A stretch of 64,000 nt of DNA from Candidatus Dormiibacterota bacterium (GTDB taxonomy: Bacteria; Chloroflexota; Dormibacteria; Aeolococcales; Aeolococcaceae), in contig DATBPD010000107.1 of NCBI GenBank assembly GCA_036561525.1, forward strand, positions 5,502-69,501, written 5' to 3'. Each line of letters begins with the position of its first letter. Position 1 is the first letter of the stretch. This document shows, in pieces, positions 37,523 to 48,499 of this stretch. The position numbers and the translations under genes were made by a program. The notes under the pieces are model-generated. The model searched no databases, was not told the origin of the DNA, and was given only the letters and a program-made list of their open reading frames with translations.

Positions 37523-39174
37523 GCGCCGCGCTCACGGCTGTCCTCGCCGGGCTCGGCGCCGCTGCCTGGCTGTGGCTGCTGACCCGGATCGTGCTGGTTG
37601 CGGCACGCATGCACCAGATCGAGGAGTACGAGCCGGGCCGACTCTTCGCCTGGGGTTGCCGGCGCGCGTGGTTGCTGCACCGCGCCGTCCTGGTTGCCGC
37701 CGCCGCGCCTGCGGCGGTGACCGTGGCCGCATGGATCGATCCATCCACCTCGCCTCTGCGCGCCCTGCTCGGCGGCGCATGGCTGGCCGGTGGTCTCGCC
37801 GCGCAGCCTGGCTGGCACTGGCTGCCGCCCAAGAAGGCGTTGGTGTTCACGCCGCGGCTGCGCCGCCTGCTCGCCAGCACCGCGGTGCTCGCGCTGATCG
37901 TCGCTGCCGGCGTCGGCCTCGCTGTGCAGCTGGCGACACCGGTGTGGCTCGCCGGGCTGGTGGTGGTGGTCGCCAGCGTCGGAGCGACGCTGCTCGGCAT
38001 GGTTCTCCTGGTGGCGGCGAACGCCGTCAACCGCCCGGCCGAGGCGTGGGTGCGGCGCGTCTTTCTGCGCCAGGCGCGCCGGCGCATCGAGCAGGTCGAC
38101 CCTCTGGTCATCGCCGTCGCGGGCAGCTACGGCAAGACATCGACCAAACACATCCTGGCGCACTTTCTCGAGCAGTACGGACCCACCCTGGCGACGCCGA
38201 AGAGCTTCAACACGCTGATGGGGGTCAGTCGAACGGTCAACGACCTTCTCGGCGAAGAGCACCGCACCTTCATCGTCGAGATGGACGCCTACGCGCCCGG
38301 TGAGATCGCTTCCATCTGCGCGCTGGTGCGGCCCAGCCACGCGCTGCTCACCTCGGTGGGTCCGCAGCACCTGGAGAGGTTCGGCACAGTTGACCGAATC
38401 GCGGCCGCCCTGTACGAGGCGTTGGAGGCCCTGCCCGCAACCGGGTTCGCCATCGTCTACGCGGGCGACGCCGCCACCGCTGCCCTGGGCACACGCGCCC
38501 GCGCCGCCGGCGGTGAGGTGATCAGCTATGGCATCGAGGGCGATTCGATCGACCTCGATGTTGTTGCCGGCGATGTCCAGATCACCGGGAGCGGGTCAAC
38601 CTTCACCTGGAGCTGGCCGATCGCCGGCCTGCGCCACGAGGTGACAGTCCCGCTGCTGGGACGCCACCAGGTGCTCAACGTCAGCGCTGCGCTGGCGACC
38701 GTGCACCGGCTGGGGCTGCCGCTCGAGCCGGCCCTGCGCGCCGCAACCTCGCTTGCGGCTGTCGACCACCGGCTGCAGCCCATCCCCACCGGCAACGCGA
38801 TCACCGTCATCGACGACTCGTACAACGCCAACCCGGTCGGGGTGCACAACGCGCTCGAGGTGCTGGCCGAGCTCGACGCCCGCCACCGCATCCTGGTCAC
38901 CCCAGGGCTCGTCGAGCTCGGTGCGCTCGAGGATGATGAGAACCGGCGGTACGGTGAGCATGCCGCGCGGGTCTGCGACCACGTGATCGTCATGGACGCG
39001 CGTCCGGGACGTGCGCTGCGCGAGGGGCTGCGCGCCGGGGGCATTCCCGACGAGCGGGTGCACGTCGTGCGCTCTCTCGCCGACGCCACCGCCGTCATCG
39101 GCCGGATCGCGACAGCCGGTGACGCGGTGCTTTTCGCCAACGACCTCCCCGATACATATCTCGGTGCCGCCTGA
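37519..39174 (+). CDS. murF: MurF-type Mur ligase with N-terminal polytopic membrane module
   Basis: Residues 1 to about 195 form four to five hydrophobic helices. These are followed by the P-loop AGSYGKTSTK, MurF-like central blocks (EMDAYAPGEI, GPQHLERFG) and C-terminal DDSYNANP and PGLVELG. The functional assignment as the cell's MurF is an inference. Confidence 0.75.
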   Translation: MSAALTAVLAGLGAAAWLWLLTRIVLVAARMHQIEEYEPGRLFAWGCRRAWLLHRAVLVAAAAPAAVTVAAWIDPSTSPLRALLGGAWLAGGLAAQPGWHWLPPKKALVFTPRLRRLLASTAVLALIVAAGVGLAVQLATPVWLAGLVVVVASVGATLLGMVLLVAANAVNRPAEAWVRRVFLRQARRRIEQVDPLVIAVAGSYGKTSTKHILAHFLEQYGPTLATPKSFNTLMGVSRTVNDLLGEEHRTFIVEMDAYAPGEIASICALVRPSHALLTSVGPQHLERFGTVDRIAAALYEALEALPATGFAIVYAGDAATAALGTRARAAGGEVISYGIEGDSIDLDVVAGDVQITGSGSTFTWSWPIAGLRHEVTVPLLGRHQVLNVSAALATVHRLGLPLEPALRAATSLAAVDHRLQPIPTGNAITVIDDSYNANPVGVHNALEVLAELDARHRILVTPGLVELGALEDDENRRYGEHAARVCDHVIVMDARPGRALREGLRAGGIPDERVHVVRSLADATAVIGRIATAGDAVLFANDLPDTYLGAA

Positions 39175-39226
39175 GCGCGGATCTGGCGTCGAGAAGTGGT
39201 TGTGAGGCCGGATTCCACCCCATAAT

Positions 39227-40408
39227 GTGCCAACCGGCGCCCAGGGCCGAAACGTCCTCCCTCACGTCCTCACATCGATGCCCCAGCACCTCCGAGAGCG
39301 CCCCCCGCGCGCGACCCCGCCACTTGACGACGTCGCCGCGCGCCATGCGCAGGTACGTGCCGTGGCTGCAGGCCTCGTCGACGGGCCTCGGATGGGCCGT
39401 CGCTTCCATGTCCCAGCCGGTGTTCCCCTGGAGGCCTCGCCACGGAGGCGCCGTCACGGGCCTCGTCACGCCGCGCCCGTCGCTGACAGCCACCACGGCT
39501 CGCGGTTCCGGCGTGTCGCCGCCGCCGGCTTTCTGCTTGTGCAGGTCGGCATCCTTGCCGCGCTGCTGTTCTCGCCGGCATTCAAGGTCCACACCGTGGA
39601 CGTCGTCGGCGACCACCTGCTGAGCCGCGATGCCGTGGTCGCCGCTGCGCGAGTGCCGCAGACCAGCCTGTTCACCGTCGACGGCGACGCCATCCGCGCG
39701 CGGCTCGCCGCGTTGCCGTGGGTGCGCACCGCCACGGTCACGACCCAGCTGCCGTCCACGGTGCACATCGCCGTCACCGAGTGGCAGCCGGACCTGCTCC
39801 TGCGCCACGGCTCGGACAGCACGTTCGTCGCCGCCAACGGCGCGACGCTTGGCTTCACGCAATCGAGGGCCGCGGCCCGGCCGGGCGTCCCGCTGCTCCT
39901 CGACTACCGCCCTGGCGGGCAGCAGCAGCTGGGGAGCGGCTTCGCGGAGATCCTGGCCAGTGCGGCCCAGCGCTGGAAGGCGACGTTCGGCTGCAGCCTG
40001 GACGCCTACGTGATCAGCAGCAGCAACGTTTTCTCGGCCTGGTGCGGCACCGGGTGGCAGGCCGTGTTCGGGTCGCTCGACAGCAGCGATGCGGTGGCCG
40101 CGGTCCCGGGTCAGCTCGAGGTGCTGGCGGCGTTGAAGGGGAAGGTCAACTTCGTCAGCCCCGCCTTCGGGTACGTCAACCTCGAGAACCCGAGCGCGCC
40201 CGCGATCGGCGGCAAGCCCGGCGAACCGGCAGCGCTGCTCAGCGACATCGCCGCGAGCACCCTGCCGACCTCCGCGCCGCCGCAGACCGCGGTCGTTCCT
40301 GAGGCGCCCACGGCGGGCAACTCTCCCACCCCCACTCCATCCCCGACGCCGCGACCCACGCCAACCCCCTTCGTGTTCAACCTGGCCCCGCCCTCGCCAC
40401 GGCGCTGA
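39227..40408 (+). CDS. ftsQ: cell division protein FtsQ (POTRA domain), Pro-rich C-terminal tail
   Basis: It has a TM helix (AAAGFLLVQVGILAALLF) followed by a POTRA-like segment (FKVHTVDVVGDHLLSRDAVVAAA...VHIAVTEW). The start codon is uncertain. Confidence 0.8.
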   Translation: MPTGAQGRNVLPHVLTSMPQHLRERPPRATPPLDDVAARHAQVRAVAAGLVDGPRMGRRFHVPAGVPLEASPRRRRHGPRHAAPVADSHHGSRFRRVAAAGFLLVQVGILAALLFSPAFKVHTVDVVGDHLLSRDAVVAAARVPQTSLFTVDGDAIRARLAALPWVRTATVTTQLPSTVHIAVTEWQPDLLLRHGSDSTFVAANGATLGFTQSRAAARPGVPLLLDYRPGGQQQLGSGFAEILASAAQRWKATFGCSLDAYVISSSNVFSAWCGTGWQAVFGSLDSSDAVAAVPGQLEVLAALKGKVNFVSPAFGYVNLENPSAPAIGGKPGEPAALLSDIAASTLPTSAPPQTAVVPEAPTAGNSPTPTPSPTPRPTPTPFVFNLAPPSPRR

Positions 40409-40411
40409 CGC

Positions 40412-41299
40412 TCAATCGCGCGCCCAGGGACGGGCGATCCGCAACGCGCTGAGGATCGCGCGGGTCGCCGGCGACCGGTTGAGGGTGATGAAGTGGATCC
40501 CGGGTGCGCCTGAGCGCAGCAGCTCACTGCACTGCAACGTCGCCCAGGCGACGCCGAGCTGCAGCACTGCGGCGGGGTCGTCCGACCGGGACTCGAGAGC
40601 ACGACGCAGCTCGGCGGGAATCGACGCGCCGATCTTGGCGGTGAAACGGTACACCTGGTCGACGTTGGTGATCGGCATGATCCCCGGCACGATGGGCACG
40701 TCGATGCCGACCGCGCGAGCTCGGCTGAGGAAGCTGGCGTAGACCGCGTTGTCGAAGAACAGCTGGGTGATGAGGAACTTCGCTCCCGCCTCGACCTTGT
40801 GGAGAGCGGCGGCGACGTCCTCCTCGAGGCTTGCCGACTCGACATGCTTCTCCGGCGAACAGGCGGCTCCCACACACAGGTCGGCGTTGTCGGTGAGCAG
40901 GCGGACGAGCTCGCTGCCGTAGCGCAAACCGCCCTCGCGGGGGACGAACGCGCCCTCCCCGTCGGGTGGATCGCCGCGTATGGCCAGCACGTTGTCGATT
41001 CCGACGGCCTCGTACTGGCGGACCTCGTCGAGCAGATCGTCAACTGTCGAGTCTCGACAGGTGAGGTGGGCCATCGGCAGAAGGCCGGTCTCGTTGTGGA
41101 GGCGCTCGACGAGTCGTACCGTGCGGTCGTCGCGGCTGCTCCCGCCGGCGCCGTGGGTGACCGACACGAAGGCCGGCTCGAGGTCGGCCAGGGCCGCGAT
41201 GGTGGCAAAGAGCCTCTCCGAACCCTGGTCGTCACGCGGGGGGAAGAACTCGAACGAGAAGAGTGGGTCGTGGCGCGCGAACAGGCTGTCGATGCGCAT
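40412..41299 (-). CDS. metF: methylenetetrahydrofolate reductase
   Basis: The sequence MRIDSLFARHDPLFSFEFFPPR...VSVTHGAGGSS...HLTC is typical of MetF. I used ATG at 41299. The longer track ORF up to 41695 overlaps the divergent gene. Confidence 0.9.
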   Translation of the reverse strand: MRIDSLFARHDPLFSFEFFPPRDDQGSERLFATIAALADLEPAFVSVTHGAGGSSRDDRTVRLVERLHNETGLLPMAHLTCRDSTVDDLLDEVRQYEAVGIDNVLAIRGDPPDGEGAFVPREGGLRYGSELVRLLTDNADLCVGAACSPEKHVESASLEEDVAAALHKVEAGAKFLITQLFFDNAVYASFLSRARAVGIDVPIVPGIMPITNVDQVYRFTAKIGASIPAELRRALESRSDDPAAVLQLGVAWATLQCSELLRSGAPGIHFITLNRSPATRAILSALRIARPWARD

Positions 41300-41359
41300 G
41301 CGCGTGATGGTGACGCACCGGGCCGGCTGGTCGCCACGGGTGCTGGTAGGGTTGCCGCC

Positions 41360-42406
<1,047 letters not shown>

Positions 42407-42574
42407 CAGCCGTTTACAGCGCGCCGCCGCGGTGCCATGATGGCCCGCGCTGCGCGGCCCGACTGGGGCTGCGGCCGCGGGGTCTCGTCCGACAGGTGCA
42501 GTTTTGGCGAGGCCCTGTTGCGTTAACACCTGTGGAAAAGTGCCTGGGGTTAGGTCCGGGCAGGCCACATCTTG

Positions 42575-42583
42575 TGGCATACT
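42575..42583 (+). promoter_or_regulatory. candidate extended -10 element (TGGCATACT) for ftsA-ftsZ
   Basis: It lies in the only AT-richer stretch (about 42500-42668) of a 262-bp gap upstream of ftsA. It is a prediction only. Confidence 0.2.
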
Positions 42584-42668
42584 CCGGCGGCAAACTCAGC
42601 ATCTTGCGGTTTTGCACCCAATTACCCCTTTCTTAAGGGGCGGGCCCCGGCTATACTCAGAGGCCAAG

Positions 42669-43907
42669 TTGACCCGTTCTCGCCGCGTCTTTGCACTCGA
42701 TCTAGGAACGACGAAGGTCTGCTGCGCCATCGCCGAGCTGGACAGCACCGGGTTACGTGTCATCGGTGTGGGCGAGGCGCCCTCCCGGGGGGTCAGGAAG
42801 GGGTCGATCATCGAGATCGATCGCGCTGCCGAGGCCGTGGCCGAGGCGGTCGATCTGGCCGAACAGATGAGCGGCGTCCCCGTCGACTCGGCGGTGGTCG
42901 GCCTGGCGGGCACCAGCATAACCTCGCAGAACTCCCGCGGCGTCGTCGCGGTGTCGGCGGGTCACCGCGAGGTGCGCGACGCCGACGTCACCCGGGCCGT
43001 TGAGGCGGCGCGCGCGGTGAGCGTGCCCTCGGATCGCAAGATCATCCACGTCCTCCCCCAGCAGTTCACCATCGACGGCCAGGAGGGGGTGCGCGACGCG
43101 CTCGGTATGGCGGGCACGCGGCTCGAGGTCGACGCGCACATCATCACCGGCACCAACACCGCCATCCAAAACATGATCAAAGTGGTGCACAAGGCCGGGC
43201 TCGATGTCGAGGATCTCGTGCTCCAGGTGCTGGCCTCTGCGGAGGCGGTGATCGGTGAGGACGAGCTCGACCGCGGCGTCGTCATCGCCGACATCGGCGG
43301 CGGTACCACGGACGTCGCAGTTTTTGCCAAGGGGAGCATCATCCACACGGCGGTGATCCCGGTGGGCGGCAATCATGTCAGCGGCGACATGGCGGTGGGA
43401 CTGCGCTGCGACCTGGAGACCGCAGAGGCAACCAAGCGCGCGTACGGACATTGCTTGCAGCTGACGCTCCCTGCCGACGCCGAGGTGAAGCTGCTGCCGA
43501 TGGGATACGACGAACCCGTCAACGTCCCGCAGCGCTTTCTCGCCGAGATCATCGGCCCGCGCGCGCGCGAGATGGCGCAGTTGATCGCCGCAGAGGTCGA
43601 GAAGGCAGGGCCGCCGAGCAGCTTTCCCGGCGGCATCGTGCTCACCGGTGGCGGGGCGCTGCTGCGCGGTTTCGCCGAGGTGATCCAGCAGGTCACCGAC
43701 CTTCCCGCCCGCGTCGCCGCGCCGCACGGGGTCACCGGCATGAACGATGAGATCAGCGGACCGCATCACGCCACAGTCGTTGGCCTGCTGCGTTGGGGCG
43801 CGCGCGGACGCCTGGGCCGTGGTGTCCAGTTGACCGGCAGGGCGCAGAACGGCAACGGCCAGCACGTCGGCGATCGATTCGGTCGGTGGATTCGTGAACT
43901 TTTCTGA
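42669..43907 (+). CDS. ftsA: cell division protein FtsA
   Basis: It has the actin-fold motifs ALDLGTTKV and [13 protein letters not shown] at 42669 follows an AGAGG Shine-Dalgarno sequence 5 nt upstream. Confidence 0.9.
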   Translation: MTRSRRVFALDLGTTKVCCAIAELDSTGLRVIGVGEAPSRGVRKGSIIEIDRAAEAVAEAVDLAEQMSGVPVDSAVVGLAGTSITSQNSRGVVAVSAGHREVRDADVTRAVEAARAVSVPSDRKIIHVLPQQFTIDGQEGVRDALGMAGTRLEVDAHIITGTNTAIQNMIKVVHKAGLDVEDLVLQVLASAEAVIGEDELDRGVVIADIGGGTTDVAVFAKGSIIHTAVIPVGGNHVSGDMAVGLRCDLETAEATKRAYGHCLQLTLPADAEVKLLPMGYDEPVNVPQRFLAEIIGPRAREMAQLIAAEVEKAGPPSSFPGGIVLTGGGALLRGFAEVIQQVTDLPARVAAPHGVTGMNDEISGPHHATVVGLLRWGARGRLGRGVQLTGRAQNGNGQHVGDRFGRWIRELF

Positions 43908-44040
43908 GCGGATGAAGCTGTACGGGCTGGACGGCGACGAGCCGACGCCGGCTGCGGTCGACGGTGGCAACGGTGATGAAACGACGCGTGCGGGGATGGT
44001 TTCGCTGCGTCCGAAGAGCAGGCAGCGTGAGGAGACACCC

Positions 44041-45141
44041 ATGAACGATCTCGACCGGACGCTGGAGGGAAATGCCCGCATCAAGGTTGTGGGTGTCGGC
44101 GGCGGCGGCAGCAACGCCGTCAACCGCATGATCCAGAGCCGCCTCAAGGGAGTCGAGTTCATCTCCGTGAACACCGACCACCAGGCGCTGCAGCTCAGCA
44201 ACGCCCACAAGAAGGTGCGCATCGGCTCCAAGCTGACGCGCGGGCTCGGCGCTGGTGGCGACCCAGTCCGCGGCGCCGAGGCGGCCGAGGAATCGCGTGC
44301 CGAGATCACCAAGCTGCTCGAGGACTGCGACATGGTGTTCGTCACCGCAGGCATGGGCGGCGGCACCGGTACCGGCGCCGCCCCGACTGTCGCGGAGATC
44401 GCTCGCGAGCAGGGCGCCCTGACCATCGGCGTGGTCACCAAGCCGTTCAAGTTCGAAGGGCTGAAGCGGCAGCGTTGCGCTGACGACGGCATCGCCAACC
44501 TCCAGGGACGTGTCGACACCCTGATCACCATCCCCAATGAGCGACTCATGCAGGTGGTCGACAAGAAGACACCGATCACCGAAGCGTTCAAGCTGGCCGA
44601 TGACGTGCTCCGCCAGGGCGTCCAGGGCATCAGCGACCTGATCGTGTTCCCTGGCCTGATCAACCTCGACTTCGCCGACGTCAAGGCGATCATGTCGGGT
44701 CAGGGTGCCGCGCTGATGGGCATCGGATTCGGCAACGGCGACACGCGCGCTGCCGACGCCGCGCGTGACGCGGTGGCCAGCCCTCTGCTCGAGACCACCA
44801 TCGCCGGCGCCAAGGGCATCCTGCTCAACGTGACCGGCGGCCCGGACCTGACGCTCTACGAGGTCAACGAGGCGGCCCAGCTGGTCAGCGAATCGGCTGA
44901 CCCCGACGCGCAGATCATCTTCGGGACGGTCATCGACGAGCAGATGAAGGGCGAGGTGAAGATCACCGTGATCGCCACCGGTTTCACCGGACAGATCGAT
45001 GTGCTCGGCACGCTCGCCTACGAGCCGGCGGCGCGGTCGGTGATGGCCGCCTCGCCCGCATTCACCATCGGTGGGCGCTCCTCGAGCCCGCCCAACGCGG
45101 ATGATCTCGACATTCCGGCGTTCCTCCGGGACCGTCGTTAG
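44041..45141 (+). CDS. ftsZ: cell division GTPase FtsZ
   Basis: It has [25 protein letters not shown] and the T7 loop NLDFADV. I preferred ATG at 44041, which has a GAGGAG Shine-Dalgarno sequence, over GTG at 43894. Confidence 0.95.
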   Translation: MNDLDRTLEGNARIKVVGVGGGGSNAVNRMIQSRLKGVEFISVNTDHQALQLSNAHKKVRIGSKLTRGLGAGGDPVRGAEAAEESRAEITKLLEDCDMVFVTAGMGGGTGTGAAPTVAEIAREQGALTIGVVTKPFKFEGLKRQRCADDGIANLQGRVDTLITIPNERLMQVVDKKTPITEAFKLADDVLRQGVQGISDLIVFPGLINLDFADVKAIMSGQGAALMGIGFGNGDTRAADAARDAVASPLLETTIAGAKGILLNVTGGPDLTLYEVNEAAQLVSESADPDAQIIFGTVIDEQMKGEVKITVIATGFTGQIDVLGTLAYEPAARSVMAASPAFTIGGRSSSPPNADDLDIPAFLRDRR

Positions 45142-45158
45142 GCAGCCCGCCATCGAGC

Positions 45159-45193
45159 AGGGGGCCTCGCCTCGCCGGGGCCCTCTGTTTGTG
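45159..45193 (+). terminator. candidate intrinsic terminator after ftsZ
   Basis: The stem pairs AGGGGGCC with GGCCCUCU (one G-U pair). The loop is 12 nt and the tail is GUUUGUG. The hairpin lies 17 nt after the ftsZ stop. The U-tract is weak. Confidence 0.3.
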
Positions 45194-45195
45194 CC

Positions 45196-45735
45196 ATGAA
45201 ATGCCCATACTGTTCGCATCCTGAGTCGAAGGTCGTCGACTCGCGCGACTCCGAAACCGGAGAGGCGATTCGGCGGCGCCGAGAATGCCTCATCTGTCAC
45301 AAGCGTTTCACCACCTATGAGCGGGTCGAGGCGGTGCCGCTCTGGGTGGTCAAGAAGGACGGACGGCGCGAGGAGTTCAACCGGCGCAAGCTGCTGGGCG
45401 GGCTGGTCAACGCGTCAACCAAACGTGACATCGCTTCCGCCCAGCTCGAGACCGTGGTCGATGACATCGAGAACGCGCTGCGCGCTCGCAACGTCACCGA
45501 GGTGCGCAGCCGCGAGGTCGGTGAGATGGTGATGCAGCACCTGCGCGCGCTCGACGAGATCGCGTACGTGCGCTTCGCGTCCGTATATCGATCGTTCAGG
45601 GACGTCGAGCAGATGCGCGCCACCATCGAGGACGTGCTCGCCAACCCCCCGGGGACCCGACCACCGGATGCACCGCGTCGCCGCCGCAAACCCGCCGACG
45701 CGGGCAGCGAGCCGGCTCTCGACATCGGCAAATGA
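45196..45735 (+). CDS. nrdR: transcriptional repressor NrdR
   Basis: It has the zinc ribbon MKCPYC...CLICHKRFTTYE followed by an ATP-cone. Confidence 0.95.
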   Translation: MKCPYCSHPESKVVDSRDSETGEAIRRRRECLICHKRFTTYERVEAVPLWVVKKDGRREEFNRRKLLGGLVNASTKRDIASAQLETVVDDIENALRARNVTEVRSREVGEMVMQHLRALDEIAYVRFASVYRSFRDVEQMRATIEDVLANPPGTRPPDAPRRRRKPADAGSEPALDIGK

Positions 45736-46436
45736 GCGCCGGCGAGAACGTCGCCTCACGGCTGACCCAGGTGCGCGCGCGGGTGGGGCAGGCAGCCGAA
45801 CGTGCCGGACGCGACCCTGCCGGCGTGCGGCTGGTGGCCGTGACCAAGGGCCACCCCGCGGTGGCCATCGAGTCTGCTCTGCAGGCTGGTCTGTGCGACA
45901 TCGGCGAGAGTCGCGTGCAGGAGGCCCGGGCCAAGCGGTCCGAGCTGGTCGGTGGCGCCGCAACGTGGCACATGATCGGACACATCCAGCGCAACAAGGC
46001 GCGCGCGGCGGCGACGATCTTCGACGTGGTGCACTCGGTCGACTCCGCGCAGCTCGCCGCCGCGCTCGACCGCCACCGCGCCGCTGATACAACGCCGCTC
46101 CGTGTTCTCATCGAGGTCGAGCTGACCGGGGCTCCCGGTCGCAGCGGCGTCAGCGCCGATGCGGCGGCCGCGCTGCTCACGGAGGTGAGAGGGCTGCCGG
46201 GGCTCGAGCCAGTCGGCCTGATGACCATCGCGCCACAGGGCTCGCCCGACGGTGCCCGGGACTGCTTTGCGCGGCTGCGGCTGCTGCGTGACAGGCTCCG
46301 CGACGACCACGAGATCACCCTTGCTGAGCTGAGCATGGGTATGAGCGACGACTTCGAGATCGCCGTCGCCGAGGGTTCGACGATGGTGCGGCTTGGCCGG
46401 GTCCTGTTCGGTGACCGGGTTGGGGCGCAGCGCTGA
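45732..46436 (+). CDS. yggS: YggS-family pyridoxal-phosphate homeostasis protein
   Basis: It has VRLVAVTKGHP (the PLP lysine), HMIGHIQRNK and SMGMSDD. Confidence 0.9.
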   Translation: MSAGENVASRLTQVRARVGQAAERAGRDPAGVRLVAVTKGHPAVAIESALQAGLCDIGESRVQEARAKRSELVGGAATWHMIGHIQRNKARAAATIFDVVHSVDSAQLAAALDRHRAADTTPLRVLIEVELTGAPGRSGVSADAAAALLTEVRGLPGLEPVGLMTIAPQGSPDGARDCFARLRLLRDRLRDDHEITLAELSMGMSDDFEIAVAEGSTMVRLGRVLFGDRVGAQR

Positions 46437-46464
46437 CGACAGCCGCCGCTATCCTGACGCCGCG

Positions 46465-47001
46465 ATGAACGAGGACCTGCCTGCTGCTCCCGCCGCTGCC
46501 GGTCAGCGGGTGGGTGGCGACGCGGTCCCCAGCCGGAGCCGCCAGCTGACCGTGATGCTGAGCACCGCGATCGGCGTGTTCGCCCTCGACCATCTCAGCA
46601 AATGGCTGGTCACCCAGCACATCGCGCTGGGCGGCCAGGTCCCCGCGAGCGGCCCGGTCACCATTCACCACATCCAGAACCGCGGCGCCGCATTCGGCCT
46701 GTTCCCTCAATTGCAGGTTGTGTTCCTGGTGGTGGCGGCGGCCGTGGCTCTCTACATCCTGCTGGCCGGCAGGCGCTTCGGCCCAGGCGTGTTTCCCCAG
46801 GTGCTGCTCGGCATGGTGCTCGGCGGTGCGATCGCCAACGCGCTCGACCGGTTCGTGCAGGGATACGTTGTCGACTTCATCGATCTGCAGAGGTGGCCGG
46901 TGTTCAACGTCGCCGACATGGCGATCGTCCTCGGCATCCTCCTCGGCGTGCTGACGCTGCGCACTGCGCCACCAGCCCCGGGTCCTCACGGCGCTGCATG
47001 A
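46465..47001 (+). CDS. lspA: lipoprotein signal peptidase II
   Basis: It has NRGAAFG and FNVADMAIV motifs and four TM segments. Confidence 0.9.
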   Translation: MNEDLPAAPAAAGQRVGGDAVPSRSRQLTVMLSTAIGVFALDHLSKWLVTQHIALGGQVPASGPVTIHHIQNRGAAFGLFPQLQVVFLVVAAAVALYILLAGRRFGPGVFPQVLLGMVLGGAIANALDRFVQGYVVDFIDLQRWPVFNVADMAIVLGILLGVLTLRTAPPAPGPHGAA

Positions 47002-47903
47002 ACGACGTGGTTGAGCGTGGCGAGCAGGTCAGCCGGCTCGACCTGCGTGTCGCCAGGCAATCCGGGGTCAGCCGCAGCGCCGCACAGCTGCTGATCGCCG
47101 GCGGCCACGTGCGGGTCAACGACCGCCCCGCCAAATCCGGCCAGCGTGTTGGTGCCGCCGACGATGTCGTGGTGGTCATCCCGCCGGCGGCGGAGCGGCG
47201 TGCCGACGTTGCCGGACCGCAGGTGCCGCTCACCATCGTGTACGAGGACGACGCGCTGGCGGTGATCGACAAACCCGCCGGCCTGGTGGTGCACCCCGCG
47301 CCCGGGCACCCGGCGGGCACGCTCGCCGACGGACTCCGCCAGCGGGGCACCACCTGGTCACAGCTCGGTGGTGAGCAGCGCCCGGGCATCGTCCACCGGC
47401 TGGACCGCGACACCAGCGGGTTGCTGGTGGTGGCCAAGACCCAGGCCGCTCATCACTCGCTGTCGCTGCAGCTCCAGCGGCGCACCCTTGGTCGGGTTTA
47501 TTGGGCGCTCGTGCACGGCACCTTCCGCGAGTCGACGGGCCGGGTCATGGCGCCGATCGGGCGCGATCCCGCGCATCGCCAGCGCATGGCCGTCGTCGAC
47601 GGCGGCCGGCCTGCGATCACCGACTTCGCTGTGATGCAGCGGCTGCGACGCTTCACCCGGCTCGAGATCCGACTGCTCACCGGTCGCACCCATCAGATCC
47701 GCGTGCACCTCGCGTCGATCAGTCACCCGATCGCCGGAGACCCCGTGTACGGGCGCCACGGTGATCAGGTGAGCCCCCGGCCGGCGCTGCACGCCCAGCG
47801 CCTCACCTTCCTCCATCCCGACGACGGCCGGCGCTGCGACTTCACATCGCCGTTGCCCGCGGACCTCGAGGCAGCCCTGCTCGACGCTGCGGAGATCTCC
47901 TGA
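46998..47903 (+). CDS. rluD: RluA-family 23S rRNA pseudouridine synthase
   Basis: It has an N-terminal S4 domain, the catalytic motif HRLDRDTSGLLVVAK, and TGRTHQIRVH. Confidence 0.9.
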   Translation: MNDVVERGEQVSRLDLRVARQSGVSRSAAQLLIAGGHVRVNDRPAKSGQRVGAADDVVVVIPPAAERRADVAGPQVPLTIVYEDDALAVIDKPAGLVVHPAPGHPAGTLADGLRQRGTTWSQLGGEQRPGIVHRLDRDTSGLLVVAKTQAAHHSLSLQLQRRTLGRVYWALVHGTFRESTGRVMAPIGRDPAHRQRMAVVDGGRPAITDFAVMQRLRRFTRLEIRLLTGRTHQIRVHLASISHPIAGDPVYGRHGDQVSPRPALHAQRLTFLHPDDGRRCDFTSPLPADLEAALLDAAEIS

Positions 47904-48499
47904 TGGGGCGCGCGCCCCGGGTCACAACGCAGCCGGGTCGATTGATCGTCCTCTCCGGGCCCAGCGGCGTCGGCAAGGACACAGTGCTGCACGAGCTGCG
48001 CCGGCTGGACGCGGCGCTCCGCTACAGCGTGTCCTACACCACCCGAGAGCCGCGGCCGGGGGAGACCGACGGCGTTTCCTACTCTTTCATCGACGAGCCG
48101 ACATTCCGCGCGATGGCGGACCGCGGCGAGTTTCTCGAGTGGGCGAACGTGCACGGCCACCTCTACGGGACCGCGGAGGCGCGGGTGAAGGAGGCGCTGG
48201 CCAGGGGCGAGGACATCGTTCTCAAGATCGACGTCCAGGGGGCAGCCTGGATCCGTCCTCGAGTCGAGGGTGCCCTCCTCATCTTCCTGATGCCACCGTC
48301 CGAGGACGAGTTGCGCCGGCGGCTCACGGCCCGTGACACCGAGGATCAGGCGTCCGTCGAGCTGCGGGTGCGCAACGCCGTGGCCGAGATGGCCGAGGGC
48401 GCGGCGTACGATCACCGCGTTGTGAACGACGACGTCAACCGCGCGGCCGGCGAGATCCTCGACATCGTGCGCCGCCGCCGGTCCGAGACGGCGCCGTGA
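47903..48499 (+). CDS. gmk: guanylate kinase
   Basis: It has GPSGVGKDT and TTREPRPGE motifs. Confidence 0.95.
   Translation: MGRAPRVTTQPGRLIVLSGPSGVGKDTVLHELRRLDAALRYSVSYTTREPRPGETDGVSYSFIDEPTFRAMADRGEFLEWANVHGHLYGTAEARVKEALARGEDIVLKIDVQGAAWIRPRVEGALLIFLMPPSEDELRRRLTARDTEDQASVELRVRNAVAEMAEGAAYDHRVVNDDVNRAAGEILDIVRRRRSETAP

Noticed and set aside
43894-44040. A 49-codon N-terminal extension of FtsZ from GTG 43894, overlapping the ftsA stop.
   Set aside because: ATG 44041 has a GAGGAG Shine-Dalgarno sequence and gives the usual short FtsZ N-terminus before the GGGGSNAVN motif. The extension is not excluded, but it is less likely.
42753-44693. A 646-aa minus-strand ORF opposite ftsA and ftsZ. 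Similar long antisense or out-of-frame ORFs occur at 19502-20950, 21011-22036, 23770-24603, 35142-36422, 36918-38303, 49396-50862, 53752-55434, 57260-58174 and 61360-62349.
   Set aside because: All of them overlap genes with strong family signatures on the other strand or frame. They have biased Arg/Pro/Gly/Ala composition and no motifs. I treat them as GC-driven artefacts.
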